From the NCBI GenBank assembly GCA_017441825.1, contig JAFRVD010000029.1:20738-84737 (forward strand): a DNA stretch of 64,000 nt, given 5' to 3'. The notes under the pieces were generated by a model. That model saw nothing but the letters and a program-made list of their open reading frames with translations. It had not been told where the DNA came from and did no database searches. Source of the stretch: Lachnospiraceae bacterium (GTDB lineage: Bacteria > Bacillota > Clostridia > Lachnospirales > Lachnospiraceae). Positions 9,542-19,958 of this stretch are shown here, piece after piece. Numbering within the stretch: position 1 is the first letter of the stretch; every line of letters begins with the position of its first letter. Made by a program: the position numbers and the translations under genes.

Positions 9542-10465
9542 ATGGCTGAAAAGAACACTGCAGCAGTACAGACTGCACGGCACATAAAACACGGTGCCGA
9601 CGTCATCTCCATTAATATTGTCGGCTACGTCCTGATCGCGCTCTTTGCGCTCCTGTGCGTGACGCCGTTCTACCTGATCGTGGTCGCGTCCTTCACGGAC
9701 AACAGCGAGCTGATCCGTTCGGGCTACCCGCTTTTCCCGAAGAACTTCTCCGTGGAAGCGTACCAGCTCAGCATAAAAAACCCGAAGCAGATCCTGCAGG
9801 CGTACGGGACCACCATCGGCGTCACGGCCGTAGGAACGTTCCTCGCGGTGTTCCTCGCGACCATGACAGGCTACGTTCTTTCAAGGAAGGATTTCCCGTG
9901 GCGGAACGGCTTCGCGTTCTTCTTTTTCTTCACGACGCTCTTTAACGGCGGTCTGGTCCCGTGGTACATCCTCTGCACGAGGTACCTGAGCTTCAAGGAC
10001 AACTACCATGCGCTCGTCCTGCCGCTCATGTTCTCCGTGTGGAACATGATCATCTCGAAGTCGTTCATGAACGGGATCCCGAGCGCCATTACGGAATCCG
10101 CGAAGATCGACGGCGCGAACGATTTCCTGATCTACACGAAGCTGATCCTGCCGCTTTCGAAGCCGCTCATCGCGACGCTGGGCCTCTTCTCCGCGCTCGC
10201 GTACTGGAACGACTGGTACAACTGCATGCTGTTCATCGGCAAGGATTATATGTACAACCTGCAGTACTATCTGCAGAAAATGATCGGCTCCGCGGAAGCC
10301 ATGAGGATCGTGGCGGAAAAGTCCGGCCTCCCGCTTACTGCGGTACCGCTTGAATCCATGAAGATGGCCATGACGGTCATCGCAACGGGCCCCATCGTCC
10401 TTCTGTACCCGTTCGTGCAGCGCTACTTCGTAAAGGGCCTCACGATCGGCGCGGTCAAGGGATGA
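9542..10465 (+). CDS. Carbohydrate ABC transporter permease (LplC-like)
   Basis: 307 aa, multi-TM. EAA loop ESAKIDGANDFLIYTKLILP. Lies 12 nt after the preceding permease. Confidence 0.85.
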   Translation: MAEKNTAAVQTARHIKHGADVISINIVGYVLIALFALLCVTPFYLIVVASFTDNSELIRSGYPLFPKNFSVEAYQLSIKNPKQILQAYGTTIGVTAVGTFLAVFLATMTGYVLSRKDFPWRNGFAFFFFFTTLFNGGLVPWYILCTRYLSFKDNYHALVLPLMFSVWNMIISKSFMNGIPSAITESAKIDGANDFLIYTKLILPLSKPLIATLGLFSALAYWNDWYNCMLFIGKDYMYNLQYYLQKMIGSAEAMRIVAEKSGLPLTAVPLESMKMAMTVIATGPIVLLYPFVQRYFVKGLTIGAVKG

Positions 10466-10541
10466 TCGGACACATCTGTCACTCTGTTCAAAAGCGCGGG
10501 CAGTCCGCGTTTTGAAAATAAACAAACAAAGGGGAAAAAAC

Positions 10542-12227
10542 ATGAAAAAACTGATTGCACTGCTGATTGCTGCAGTAATGATCCTTTCCATGCTTTCCGC
10601 CTGCGGAACAACTCCGGCCGGCACGGATACGCCCAAGGATACCGCAGAAGCTGAAGCCGAGGCTGAACCCGAAGCGGAAGCCGGCGAGGAAGCAGGCGAA
10701 GAAGAAGCAGAAGCTTCTCCCGAAGGCGGAGCCGTCCTTCCGGACGAGCTGACACTGGGCTCCTATATCAAGGGCGACCCGAGCCTCTACCCGAACGTAG
10801 ACTTCAGTAAGGAAGAGACCATCTACATCTGCCTGATCGGCGATACGCCAAACGATTTCCAGGACATCCTGGACAAGGCAAACGAGTATCTGGCTCCCTA
10901 CAACACGAAGCTGGATTTCACCATTTGGGCTTGGTCTGACTACCAGGATCTGTATTCTCTGAACCTGGCGTCCGGCGCAAACATTGACATCATCTTCACG
11001 GCTCCCTGGAGCTATCTCTGGTCTGAAGCATCCAACGGCTCCTTCATGGCGCTGTCCGATGATTTCATCACGAACAACATGCCCCTGACCCGGAAATACC
11101 AGATCCCGGAGACCTGGAACGGCGTCAAGCTGGCCGGCGATATCATCGCTGTCCCGCAGAACACCACGAACCCGAACGGCAAGATCGTGGCTATCCGTCA
11201 GGACCTTGCGGACAAGTACGGCATCGGCGAGCTGAAGAGCTGGGAAGACTACAAGAACTACCTGCTGACCATCGCTGAAAAGGAAACGCCGGACAGCGGC
11301 ATCTTTGCCGAAGCGGCATCCTCCAGCAACGCGGAGCTCTGGGACGTGTTCCGCCAGCAGTATGACACCATGGTCGCTGCATCCACTCAGGACTACATCT
11401 CCTACCTCTTCACATACGAGAAGGGCGTCATCCCCACAAAGGACGACCTGGTCTTCACCTGGACCTCCGACTGGTTCAAGGAGTTCTGCAAGGATATGAA
11501 CGAGCTTGCGAACGCCGGCGCATGGAGCCGTTCCGCACTGACGAACGAAGTCTCCGCAGCAGACGCCTTCGGCGCGCTGCAGGGCGCTTCCTTCGCGTGG
11601 AACCTGACCGTTTTCAACTACATTAACCAGGCTGAAGCCGCGTCTGAAGACGTCAAGTGCGCAGCCTACGACATCACGATGAACAACTTCGCGATCGGCG
11701 AAGCGTACAACAACAACGACATGGCCATCACCGCTTCCACAAGTGATCCGGAGCGCGCCGCCATGGTGCTCGACCTGATCAAGATGGACACCTACTTGAA
11801 CCACCTGTTCCGCATGGGTATCGAAGGCGTCCACTATGAGATCGACGATGACAACAACTACGTAGCGCTCGACAAGGCCGGCGACTACGCGAAGGACAGC
11901 ATCTCCATGTCCTGGGCTATCAAGAACGGCGACATCAAGGAGTACATCCCGGACGAGAGAAAGAAAGCCGTTTCCGAAGCTGAAGAAGCCAAGATGGCTG
12001 CAAACCCGCTGGAAGGCTTCGTCTTTGACGATGCGAACATCCAGGCAGAGGCCGCCGCTGTCAACGCGATCCTGAAGGAGTACATCCCGAGCCTGCAGCT
12101 TGGTCTCTATGACGACTACGAAGCGAAGATCGACGAGATGATGGCAGCCTGCAAGGATGCCGGCTTCGACAAGATCGAGGAAGAGATCTTCAGCCAGTAC
12201 GAGGCCTGGTATAACAGCATGAACTGA
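10542..12227 (+). CDS. Extracellular solute-binding lipoprotein (LplA-like, large family-1 SBP)
   Basis: Signal peptide plus lipobox (LSMLSACG), an acidic E/A linker, and about 560 aa as in LplA-type oligosaccharide-binding proteins. ATG at 10542 preferred over the TTG at 10512. Confidence 0.8.
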   Translation: MKKLIALLIAAVMILSMLSACGTTPAGTDTPKDTAEAEAEAEPEAEAGEEAGEEEAEASPEGGAVLPDELTLGSYIKGDPSLYPNVDFSKEETIYICLIGDTPNDFQDILDKANEYLAPYNTKLDFTIWAWSDYQDLYSLNLASGANIDIIFTAPWSYLWSEASNGSFMALSDDFITNNMPLTRKYQIPETWNGVKLAGDIIAVPQNTTNPNGKIVAIRQDLADKYGIGELKSWEDYKNYLLTIAEKETPDSGIFAEAASSSNAELWDVFRQQYDTMVAASTQDYISYLFTYEKGVIPTKDDLVFTWTSDWFKEFCKDMNELANAGAWSRSALTNEVSAADAFGALQGASFAWNLTVFNYINQAEAASEDVKCAAYDITMNNFAIGEAYNNNDMAITASTSDPERAAMVLDLIKMDTYLNHLFRMGIEGVHYEIDDDNNYVALDKAGDYAKDSISMSWAIKNGDIKEYIPDERKKAVSEAEEAKMAANPLEGFVFDDANIQAEAAAVNAILKEYIPSLQLGLYDDYEAKIDEMMAACKDAGFDKIEEEIFSQYEAWYNSMN

Positions 12228-12442
12228 TACGGACATGAGTAACGCCGCCGTTTTCCATAGAGAATGAGCGGAGCTCTGAATGTCCCGGCACAGAACGCGC
12301 GCCAGGCCCGAAGCTGTGCGTATCATAACCCGAGGGGGCGGCCTCACCGACCGCCCTCTCTTAAAAAGGCCAATTTTGCGGCATAAAGCCGCGTCTGGAA
12401 GCGTTTTTCAGGGCGTTTCCCAAAAGAAAACGAGGAACCGGT

Positions 12443-14851
12443 ATGAGAACTGAGACCTGCTTTAACGAAGATTGGAAATTCATGCTTGAAGACCGGGAAG
12501 GCTTTGCCGACCCCGGCCTGGACGACAGCGGATGGAAGACGCTCACGCTCCCCCACGACTGGAGCAACGACTTCGCGCCTCAGGAAGATGCGCCTTCGGG
12601 CGGCGGCGGAGGCTACGGCGTGACGGGCATCGGCTGGTACAGAAAGCATTTTACGATAGAGAATCTGAAGCCCGAGGAGCGTGTATCCGTACGCTTTGAC
12701 GGCGTCTATATGAATTCGGAGGTTTACTTAAACGGCGAAAAGGCGGGCGGCCACGGCTACGGCTATACGCCTTTCACAGTGGACCTTACAGATAAGCTCG
12801 TGCCCGGGGAGAACGTCCTTGCGGTCCGGGTGAACGACAGCCTCACACCCAATTCGCGCTGGTATGCCGGCGCGGGCATCTACCGGGACGTGCATCTTGT
12901 CCGGACGTCAGGCATCCACTTTGACGAATACGGCGTGCGTGCGCTCACGAACGGGCTGTACCGGCCGCAGGACCAGGCGGGCCTCGATATCCGCGCGATC
13001 GTAAAGAATGAGACGGGGAAGGACGCGGTCATCGGCGTCACCCATGAGCTCCTGGACGCGGACGGGAACAGTGTTTCCGTGTCAGGCATCGCGCTCAGTC
13101 TCCCGGCAGGGACCGCTTCCGAGTGCATGGTCCGCCCGACTGTAGACAGGCCGATCCTCTGGACGGACAAAAGGCCGTACCTCTATACGCTGGTGAGCCG
13201 CGTCCGGATCAACGGGGAGACGGTGGACGAGGTCCGCACGAGGACCGGCATCCGCACCGCGGAATTTGACGCGGACCGCGGCTTTCTCCTGAACGGGGAA
13301 CGCGTGAAGATCAAAGGGATGTGCGTGCACCACGACTGCGGTCTGACCGGGGCAGTCGGGTACAGGGATTCCTGGGAGCGGCGCCTTAAAAAGCTCCGCG
13401 ATATGGGCTGCAACGGTATCCGCTGCGCGCACAATCCGCCGGCGCCGGCGCTTTTAGACCTCTGCGACGAGCTCGGCTTCCTTGTGATGGACGAGATTTT
13501 CGACGAGTGGCTCCTCGCGAAAAACAAGAACGACAACTATTATTCCGAGCAGATGGCGTTCGGCTCCAGCATGTTCTTTACGGAAGACGCGGAAAAGGAT
13601 CTCACTGCCATGCTCCGCCGCGATTTCAATCATCCCTCCGTTGTGATCTGGAGCATCGGCAACGAGATCCCCGAACAGTCCTCGACGGACGGTGTGCGGC
13701 TCCTTCAGTTCCTCCAGGACATCTGCCACCGCGAGGATCCGAGCCGGATGGTCACTTCTGCATGCGACAACATCGTGGCGGTCGAGCCCATCCGGACGTT
13801 CCGCGAATTCGAAAACGCGCTGGACGTGGTCGGCTACAACTACGTGGGCCGCTGGCGCGAGCGCGCGGAGACCTATTACGACGAGGACCGTGCGGAGTTC
13901 CCGAAACGGCGCATGATCGGTACGGAGAACCCGTCCGCGGGCGGCGTCCGAGGGGACTACCACCTCATGAAGCCCGACGAACCTAAACAGGACGGTTTCC
14001 GTATGCGGGACTACACGATGCTGACGATACACCACGAGCCGCTGTGGCGGTACACCGCAAGCCGCGATTTTGTGGCCGGCGACTACCTCTGGACCGGCAT
14101 CGACTACCTGGGCGAGACCCGGTGGCCTAGCCGCGGCGCGTCCTGCGGGCCCATCGACTCCGCAGGCTTTGAAAAGGATACGTATTATTACTTCCGGTCT
14201 ATCTGGAACACAGACAAAGTCACGCTCCATCTCCTGCCCCACTGGAACTTCCCGGGCGAGGAAGGCGAGTACCGGCCGGTGGTCTGCTACACGAATTGCA
14301 CGGAAGTGCGTTTGTACCTGAACGGCAGGTACGTGGGGACGCGCGGCTATGAGTGTCCGCGCTACGGCGCGACAAAGTCCTGGATGGACGGCTGGGAGAA
14401 GCACCCAACCACGAACGACCTGCACCTTCTGTGGGACGTCGTGTATGAGCCGGGCGTGCTTCGGGCAGAAGGGTATATCGGCGGCGGGCTGGTCGCCGTC
14501 ACGGAGGTGTCCACTACGGGACGCCCGGCGTCGCTCATCGCGGAGCCGGACCGGACCGAAGCCGCTCCCGGCCGCCTCTTCCAGATCGAGCTTTCCACGA
14601 AGGACGCGGACGGGCGCTTCGTCCCGGACGCATCCGAGACCGTACACATAGAAGCTTCCGGCCCTGTCCGCTTTATCGGCATGGACGCCGGTGACATGCG
14701 CGACCTCACCATCTTCAGCGCACCCTCCCGCCGCATGCTGGCGGGCCGGCTCCTCGCGGTCCTCCGCGCGGAGGCACCGGGCGACGCCCGCGTCCGCTTC
14801 ACGACGGATACCGGCCTCACGACGGAGCTCACCCTCCACGTAACGGAGTGA
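12443..14851 (+). CDS. Glycoside hydrolase family 2 (beta-galactosidase/beta-glucuronidase-like)
   Basis: 802 aa. GH2 sugar-binding N-domain (NEDWKF..LPHDW), and the acid/base region FNHPSVVIWSIGNE. Confidence 0.85.
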   Translation: MRTETCFNEDWKFMLEDREGFADPGLDDSGWKTLTLPHDWSNDFAPQEDAPSGGGGGYGVTGIGWYRKHFTIENLKPEERVSVRFDGVYMNSEVYLNGEKAGGHGYGYTPFTVDLTDKLVPGENVLAVRVNDSLTPNSRWYAGAGIYRDVHLVRTSGIHFDEYGVRALTNGLYRPQDQAGLDIRAIVKNETGKDAVIGVTHELLDADGNSVSVSGIALSLPAGTASECMVRPTVDRPILWTDKRPYLYTLVSRVRINGETVDEVRTRTGIRTAEFDADRGFLLNGERVKIKGMCVHHDCGLTGAVGYRDSWERRLKKLRDMGCNGIRCAHNPPAPALLDLCDELGFLVMDEIFDEWLLAKNKNDNYYSEQMAFGSSMFFTEDAEKDLTAMLRRDFNHPSVVIWSIGNEIPEQSSTDGVRLLQFLQDICHREDPSRMVTSACDNIVAVEPIRTFREFENALDVVGYNYVGRWRERAETYYDEDRAEFPKRRMIGTENPSAGGVRGDYHLMKPDEPKQDGFRMRDYTMLTIHHEPLWRYTASRDFVAGDYLWTGIDYLGETRWPSRGASCGPIDSAGFEKDTYYYFRSIWNTDKVTLHLLPHWNFPGEEGEYRPVVCYTNCTEVRLYLNGRYVGTRGYECPRYGATKSWMDGWEKHPTTNDLHLLWDVVYEPGVLRAEGYIGGGLVAVTEVSTTGRPASLIAEPDRTEAAPGRLFQIELSTKDADGRFVPDASETVHIEASGPVRFIGMDAGDMRDLTIFSAPSRRMLAGRLLAVLRAEAPGDARVRFTTDTGLTTELTLHVTE

Positions 14852-14913
14852 TCCCGGACGCAGTGGTAAGCTTTATATGGACGCACCGCCTGATTAAGCG
14901 CGACGCACCCGCG

Positions 14914-14950
14914 AAAAAGGGGACCCGGCCAAATGGCCGGGTCCCCTTTT
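14914..14950. terminator. Bidirectional intrinsic terminator between the GH2 gene and the convergent esterase genes
   Basis: AAAAA-GGGGACCCGGCC-AAAT-GGCCGGGTCCCC-TTTT. A perfect 12-bp stem flanked by an A-run and a T-run. Confidence 0.7.
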
Positions 14951-14959
14951 ACGTGCGGG

Positions 14960-16108
14960 TCAGATGTTCCGGAAAAGCAGCTCCGCGTAGTCGTGGAACG
15001 CGGCGCGCCAGACGCGCCACTCGTGATACCCGGGGTAGATCTTCTGGATGTAGTTGATGCCGCGGGCACGGCAGTACTCGCGCTCCTTCTCGAAGAGCGG
15101 CAGCGAGACCTCGTGGTCGCCGATCGCACCGAAGAACGGATCGACCTCCCGGTTGAACGTCTCCGCATCGTCGAGCACCCTGAGCTGGGCCTCCTGGGAA
15201 CGCGGCTCGGCACCGGGGAACACCGGGTAGGTGTAGCCGGTGAAAAGGCCTGCGGAGCCGAACAGATCGATGTGCTCCATGATCATCTCGCCCGAAAGAA
15301 GCGAGCCCATGGAAAGGCCTGCCACCGCACGGGCCTTCTTGTCACTGATCACCCGGTAGTGCGACTCGATGAACGGGATGCTGTCCCTGATCACCATTTC
15401 GTTGAATTTACTCGTGTCAAGGTGCGGATGGCCGTCCGTGTTGACCTGCATCATGGCGTTGTTCATCACGATGATGAACGGGACCGCCTTGCCCTCCGCG
15501 AGCAGGTTGTCCATGATGAAGTTCACCTTCCCGAGATGCGTCCAGCAGGCTTCGTTTTCGCCGCCGCCGTGCTGGAGATAAAGCACCGGGTATTTCTTCT
15601 CAAGATCGTCGCGGTATCCCGGAGGCGTGTAGACGTAGCAGCACTCCCATTCCCCTGTCACAGTAGAGAAGAAATAGTCTTGCGAGACCGTGCCGTGCGG
15701 GACGTTCCTGATCAGGATATAGTCCTGGTCCGGATCCGGCACCTCGATGTAATTGATGCCGTAGCCCCAGCCGTAGCCGATGGGCGCGAGCGGATTTATG
15801 ATGCGTACGCCGTCTACATAGAACAGGAGCTGCTTGAGACCCGGGTCCTCATATTGGATCGTCCCGGTCCACATGCCGTCCTCCTGCTTCGTAAGGCTTA
15901 CCAGATTCTCCGGCGGGCCGGCGGTGACTTCATTCGCCGTGGAGCCGTAAAGGCAGACAAAGACGCTGCCGTCCGGATTGACCTTGTAGCCGATATTGGT
16001 GTCGCCGTGCTTCCCGCCGTTGATCATGTTCGGGATCAGCTGCCGGTTGAAGCCGATCGCCCGGGAATCAAACGTCTGATTATTCAGGAAATTCTCAGGA
16101 ATATTCAT
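14960..16108 (-). CDS. Esterase-family protein (PF00756/CE1-like alpha/beta hydrolase with an N-terminal Ig-like domain)
   Basis: 382 aa. YLQHGGGENEACW motif and nucleophile elbow GLSMGS. The start overlaps the upstream stop by 1 nt (TAATG). Confidence 0.75.
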   Translation of the reverse strand: MNIPENFLNNQTFDSRAIGFNRQLIPNMINGGKHGDTNIGYKVNPDGSVFVCLYGSTANEVTAGPPENLVSLTKQEDGMWTGTIQYEDPGLKQLLFYVDGVRIINPLAPIGYGWGYGINYIEVPDPDQDYILIRNVPHGTVSQDYFFSTVTGEWECCYVYTPPGYRDDLEKKYPVLYLQHGGGENEACWTHLGKVNFIMDNLLAEGKAVPFIIVMNNAMMQVNTDGHPHLDTSKFNEMVIRDSIPFIESHYRVISDKKARAVAGLSMGSLLSGEMIMEHIDLFGSAGLFTGYTYPVFPGAEPRSQEAQLRVLDDAETFNREVDPFFGAIGDHEVSLPLFEKEREYCRARGINYIQKIYPGYHEWRVWRAAFHDYAELLFRNI

Positions 16109-17718
16109 TATTTCTCCTTTCTTCCGAGGCCGGGCAGGCCGTCGCCCTTAAGCTCCGCGAGAAGCTCACGGCCCTCTTTATGATAATCGGAAACCAGCTC
16201 GCTCTCCGCCTTGAACACCATGGAGAAACGGTCCTTCTGTGTATACGGCTTCCAGACAGGCATCGAACGGCCCGTGGGGTTATCGCCGTTATAGGCAAAC
16301 GCGGCCCAGGCAGATCCGCAGGTGTCCGAGCAGGCGTAGGCCGCCGCTTTGTTCGCTGCGGTGTACAGGTACGGCGCAAGCTCCGCGTTGTCAAAGAAGA
16401 ACGGGACGTCCGTGCCGTGGATGGCCTTCTGGATGGGATCCGGGCTCTCAAATGCGAAGATCGCGTTGTAGAACGGAGCGGCCCCGTTGCCGTCCTTTGT
16501 CTTCGAAACACGGTCTACAAACTGCAGCTGGTGCTGGTCGTTTAAGAGCGCGATGTACTTGTCCGCCCCGGTCGAGCCCTTCTCCAGCATGTCGGTGTAC
16601 GTCCGGATGATCCGATCCACTTCTTCCGGCGTGTAGCCTGCCTTCGCAAGCTCTCCGGGCAGCGTCTCGTCCGTGATCTCGAAGATCTCCGGGTTGAACA
16701 GCGCGATGAGCGCCATGTCGTGCTTCGTGTAGCAGATGATCAGCGGGATATCCTTGCAGTACTCCGAGCCTTCCGCACCGTCAAACGGATCATACTTGAT
16801 GACGTCGCCGTCCAGGACCACCGGGAAGTTCAGGTAATTGCCGTTCTCTCTTGTGGCGTTGACCTCGCGCATCGCCTTGATCAGGTCCTCGGGCGGGATC
16901 TTCTCGAGTTCGTCGATGTTGTCTTTTGTAATATGCAGATGCTCAAGGAACGCGTCCGTATCCGCCTGTCCGATTTTGGGATCCACTGCATGGAAGCCGC
17001 CGCTCTGGATGATCGCTTTGTGGAACAGGCCCTTCGCCTGAGGCATGCCCAGGAGCTGCGCGACCTTTCCGCCGCCTCCGGATTCGCCGAAGATCGTCAC
17101 GTTGTCCGGGTCACCGCCGAACCAGTCGATGTTGTCGCGCACCCACTCAAGCACCGCCACCATATCGAGGTTCCCGATATTCACCGTATGCGCGTACTTC
17201 TCTACGCCCAGATGCGTCAGGTCCATATACCCGAACAGGTTCAGCCGGTGCGAGAAGCTCACCATGACAACGTTGTTTTTCTTCGCCATGTTGAAACCGT
17301 CCTGATGCGGGCATTCAGCCGTGCCGGCCACATTGCCGCCGCCGTGGGCCCAGACCATGACCGGAAGCTTCTGGCCCTTCGTGAGGGACGGTGTCCAGAT
17401 GTTGAGCGCCAGGCAGTCTTCGGACTGCGGACCTTTGCCCATCTCCATGTTGCCGGTCACGAGCTCCTGGTTGACCAGGTTGTATTTCGAATTCGCGACC
17501 TCGGGCACCTCGATCCTCGGGGTATCAGTCTGCCAGCACTTCAGCGCGTACTCCTTCGCGTCCACTATAATCGGGCTCACGTCCGGAGGCACCGGCGGCA
17601 TGAACCGAAGCTCCCCTACGGGCGGCTTCGCGTATCTCACGCCCAGGAAACGGTACACTCCGTCAAAGTAATCTCCGCGGATCTTTCCGTACTTTGTCAA
17701 AGCAAGGACATCTCTCAT
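16108..17718 (-). CDS. Type-B carboxylesterase (para-nitrobenzyl-esterase-like)
   Basis: 536 aa. N-terminal G-IRG..F.G[IV]RYA, WAHGGG oxyanion region, and FGESGGG nucleophile motif. Confidence 0.85.
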   Translation of the reverse strand: MRDVLALTKYGKIRGDYFDGVYRFLGVRYAKPPVGELRFMPPVPPDVSPIIVDAKEYALKCWQTDTPRIEVPEVANSKYNLVNQELVTGNMEMGKGPQSEDCLALNIWTPSLTKGQKLPVMVWAHGGGNVAGTAECPHQDGFNMAKKNNVVMVSFSHRLNLFGYMDLTHLGVEKYAHTVNIGNLDMVAVLEWVRDNIDWFGGDPDNVTIFGESGGGGKVAQLLGMPQAKGLFHKAIIQSGGFHAVDPKIGQADTDAFLEHLHITKDNIDELEKIPPEDLIKAMREVNATRENGNYLNFPVVLDGDVIKYDPFDGAEGSEYCKDIPLIICYTKHDMALIALFNPEIFEITDETLPGELAKAGYTPEEVDRIIRTYTDMLEKGSTGADKYIALLNDQHQLQFVDRVSKTKDGNGAAPFYNAIFAFESPDPIQKAIHGTDVPFFFDNAELAPYLYTAANKAAAYACSDTCGSAWAAFAYNGDNPTGRSMPVWKPYTQKDRFSMVFKAESELVSDYHKEGRELLAELKGDGLPGLGRKEK

Positions 17719-17811
17719 AATTCTCTCCGTTCCTTGTCCTCAGGGACAATCTCATTATTCTTTGATCTTATTATACCCTTGGAGAAAAATGTTGTAAAGA
17801 AGCATAAAAAT

Positions 17812-17838
17812 GCAGCGGAGCGAAACCGCTCCGCCGCA
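17812..17838 (-). terminator. Intrinsic terminator of asnA
   Basis: On the minus strand: GCGGCGGAGCG-GTTT-CGCTCCGCTGC (one mismatch) followed by ATTTTTAT. Confidence 0.55.
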
Positions 17839-17868
17839 TTCTGTATTTGTTTTGAAAGCTCCGCACTT

Positions 17869-18876
17869 TTACAGGAGCGGGATCCCGTGGGCCTTGCAGG
17901 CCTCCCGCATGTCCGCGGGCCAGATGCTCGCCTGGACCTCGCCGATGTGCGCCTTGTTAAGGAGCAGCATGCAGAGCCTGGACTGGCCGATGCCTCCGCC
18001 GATCGTATACGGAAGCTCTCCATTAAGGAGCATCCGGTGGTACGGAAGAGACGCACGCTCGGGGCAGCCGGCCTTATCGAGCTGTTCCTTAAGGGACTTC
18101 TCATCGACGCGGATACCCATGCTGGAGATCTCGAGAGTAGTCTGGAGTGTATCGTACCAGAACAGGATGTCCCCGTTCAGCTGCCAGTCGTCGTAGTCCG
18201 GCGCACGGCCGTCATGCGGCTTTCCGTCGGAAAGCTTATCGCCGATCCGCATCAGGAAGACGCACCCGTATTCCCGGGTGATCAGGTTCTCGCGCTCTCT
18301 GGGCGTCTTGTCCGGGTAGCGCCGGAGGAGCTCCTCGGAGTCGATGAACACGATGTCTTCAGGGAGGTGGTTCACAGCTTCGGGGTACTTGTACCAGACC
18401 TCATGCTCCATATGCTTTAAGATCTTGAAGATGTTTTTCACGGTCTCCCGGAGCGTCTCTTCGTTCCGGTCTTCCTTCCGGATGACCCGCTCCCAGTCCC
18501 ACTGGTCCACGTAGAACGAGTGGAGGTTGTCCGGCTCTTCATCGCGGCGGATGGCGTTCATATTGGTATATAGGCCCTCGCCGGGCTTAAAGCCGTATTC
18601 TCCGAGCGCAAAGCGCTTCCACTTCGCGAGCGACTGCACGACCTGGACTTCCATGCCCGGGATCGAGAGCATATCGAAGGCGACGGGGCGTTCCACGCCG
18701 TTCAGGTCGTCGTTGAGGCCGGTGGCCTTGTCCACAAATAGAGGCGCGGAGATCCTTTCAAGGTGCATCTCCTGGCCGAATTCCCGCTGGAACGTGTCGC
18801 GGATGTATTTGATGGCGTCCTCGGTAGTCCGGACACTGATCTTCGGATCATAGCCTTCAGGCAGTATCAGTTTCAT
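17869..18876 (-). CDS. asnA: Aspartate--ammonia ligase (asparagine synthetase A)
   Basis: 335 aa. Collinear with my recollection of E. coli AsnA: [53 protein letters not shown]. Confidence 0.92.
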   Translation of the reverse strand: MKLILPEGYDPKISVRTTEDAIKYIRDTFQREFGQEMHLERISAPLFVDKATGLNDDLNGVERPVAFDMLSIPGMEVQVVQSLAKWKRFALGEYGFKPGEGLYTNMNAIRRDEEPDNLHSFYVDQWDWERVIRKEDRNEETLRETVKNIFKILKHMEHEVWYKYPEAVNHLPEDIVFIDSEELLRRYPDKTPRERENLITREYGCVFLMRIGDKLSDGKPHDGRAPDYDDWQLNGDILFWYDTLQTTLEISSMGIRVDEKSLKEQLDKAGCPERASLPYHRMLLNGELPYTIGGGIGQSRLCMLLLNKAHIGEVQASIWPADMREACKAHGIPLL

Positions 18877-18930
18877 GGCTGTCCCTCTCCCTGCGTTCTG
18901 CAGTATGCTTTTGAAAAAAATAATACAAAC

Positions 18931-18959
18931 AATATATATAAAACAGCCGGTGAAGTCAA
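18931..18959 (-). promoter_or_regulatory. Candidate sigma-70-type promoter of asnA
   Basis: Minus strand: TTGACT, 17 nt, TATATT, about 55 nt upstream of the asnA ATG. Confidence 0.45.
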
Positions 18960-19109
18960 GAGCATATTGAGGTTTTCCGGCGCTGCCGGGGACGTAAGAA
19001 TATTGTTTTCCGATCCTGAAAGAAAAATCTTCACAAAAGAGCGCGCAAGGGGTATGATTGAAATTAAGATAGAATTGACAAGGGGCAGCACCCCTGGAGG
19101 AAAGAGAAA

Positions 19110-19958
19110 ATGAGGATAGGATGTACTGTCGATTTTCAGGGAATGGACGACCTCATGGACCGTTTCAGGGAGCTTGTGGACGAAGGCTTCCGGAGCTGCC
19201 AGCTGGTTTCCTGGAATCCCGCGGACTGGACGGACGAAAACGCGGCTAAGATCCTGGACACCATAGAACGGCTCGGGATCACGATCTCCGCGTTCTGGTG
19301 CGGCTGGACCGGGCCTGCGTGCTGGAACTTCTACGAAGGCTTTGAGACCCTCGGGCTGGTTCCTCCGAAGTACCGGGAGGCACGTGTGCAGGACCTCATA
19401 AACGGCGCGGATTTCGCGAAAAAGCTCGGTTTAAAGGACGTGGTCACGCACATGGGCTACATACCTCTGAACCCGCTGGATCCGGAATTTGAGGCCTTTT
19501 GCGATGCGGTACGGACCGTCGCGCAGCATCTGAAGGAAAACGGCCAGAACCTGCTTTTTGAGAGCGGCCAGGAAACGCCGGTGACCATGCTGCGCTGCTT
19601 TGAAACGGTGGGCACGGATAACCTTTACGTGAATCTGGACACCGCGAACCTGATCCTTTACGGCATGGCGAACCCGGTGGACGCCCTCGATACCATCGGC
19701 CGCTACGTCCGCGGGATGCACGCAAAGGACGGCTTCTACCCGACGAACGGCAGGGAGCTCGGCCGCGAGGTGCCGCTTGGCGAAGGCAAGGTGGATTTCC
19801 CCGCCCTGTTCCGGAAGCTCAGGGCCCTCGGCTATGAAGGCGACGTGACCATTGAATGCGAGATCGGCGGAGATACGGACGAAGTCCAGAAAAACGGTGT
19901 CCGGCACGCGAAGGCCTATCTTGAAAAGGTTCTTTTGGAGGTATACGGAAATGAGTAA
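19110..19958 (+). CDS. Sugar phosphate isomerase/epimerase (xylose-isomerase-like TIM barrel)
   Basis: 282 aa. Typical AP-endonuclease-2/TIM-barrel pattern (ESGQE, NLDTANL, HAKD). GGAGGAAAG RBS. Confidence 0.75.
   Translation: MRIGCTVDFQGMDDLMDRFRELVDEGFRSCQLVSWNPADWTDENAAKILDTIERLGITISAFWCGWTGPACWNFYEGFETLGLVPPKYREARVQDLINGADFAKKLGLKDVVTHMGYIPLNPLDPEFEAFCDAVRTVAQHLKENGQNLLFESGQETPVTMLRCFETVGTDNLYVNLDTANLILYGMANPVDALDTIGRYVRGMHAKDGFYPTNGRELGREVPLGEGKVDFPALFRKLRALGYEGDVTIECEIGGDTDEVQKNGVRHAKAYLEKVLLEVYGNE

Noticed and set aside
10488-12347. 619-aa minus-strand ORF covering the whole solute-binding-protein gene
   Set aside because: This is a shadow ORF typical of GC-rich DNA. The product is Arg/Val/Gly/His-rich and low-complexity with no recognisable motif. 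The plus strand encodes a lipoprotein SBP with a signal peptide, a lipobox and an RBS.
13454-16183. Long antisense ORFs 13454-14839 (-) and 14933-16183 (+), opposite the GH2 and esterase genes
   Set aside because: Same reasoning as above. Composition is Arg/Ala/Val/Pro-rich with no motifs, while the sense strands show GH2 and alpha/beta-hydrolase signatures.
16720-18420. 566-aa plus-strand ORF spanning the carboxylesterase and asnA genes
   Set aside because: It crosses an intergenic terminator region and is antisense to two genes with strong family signatures (GESGGG esterase, AsnA). It is a GC-driven open frame.
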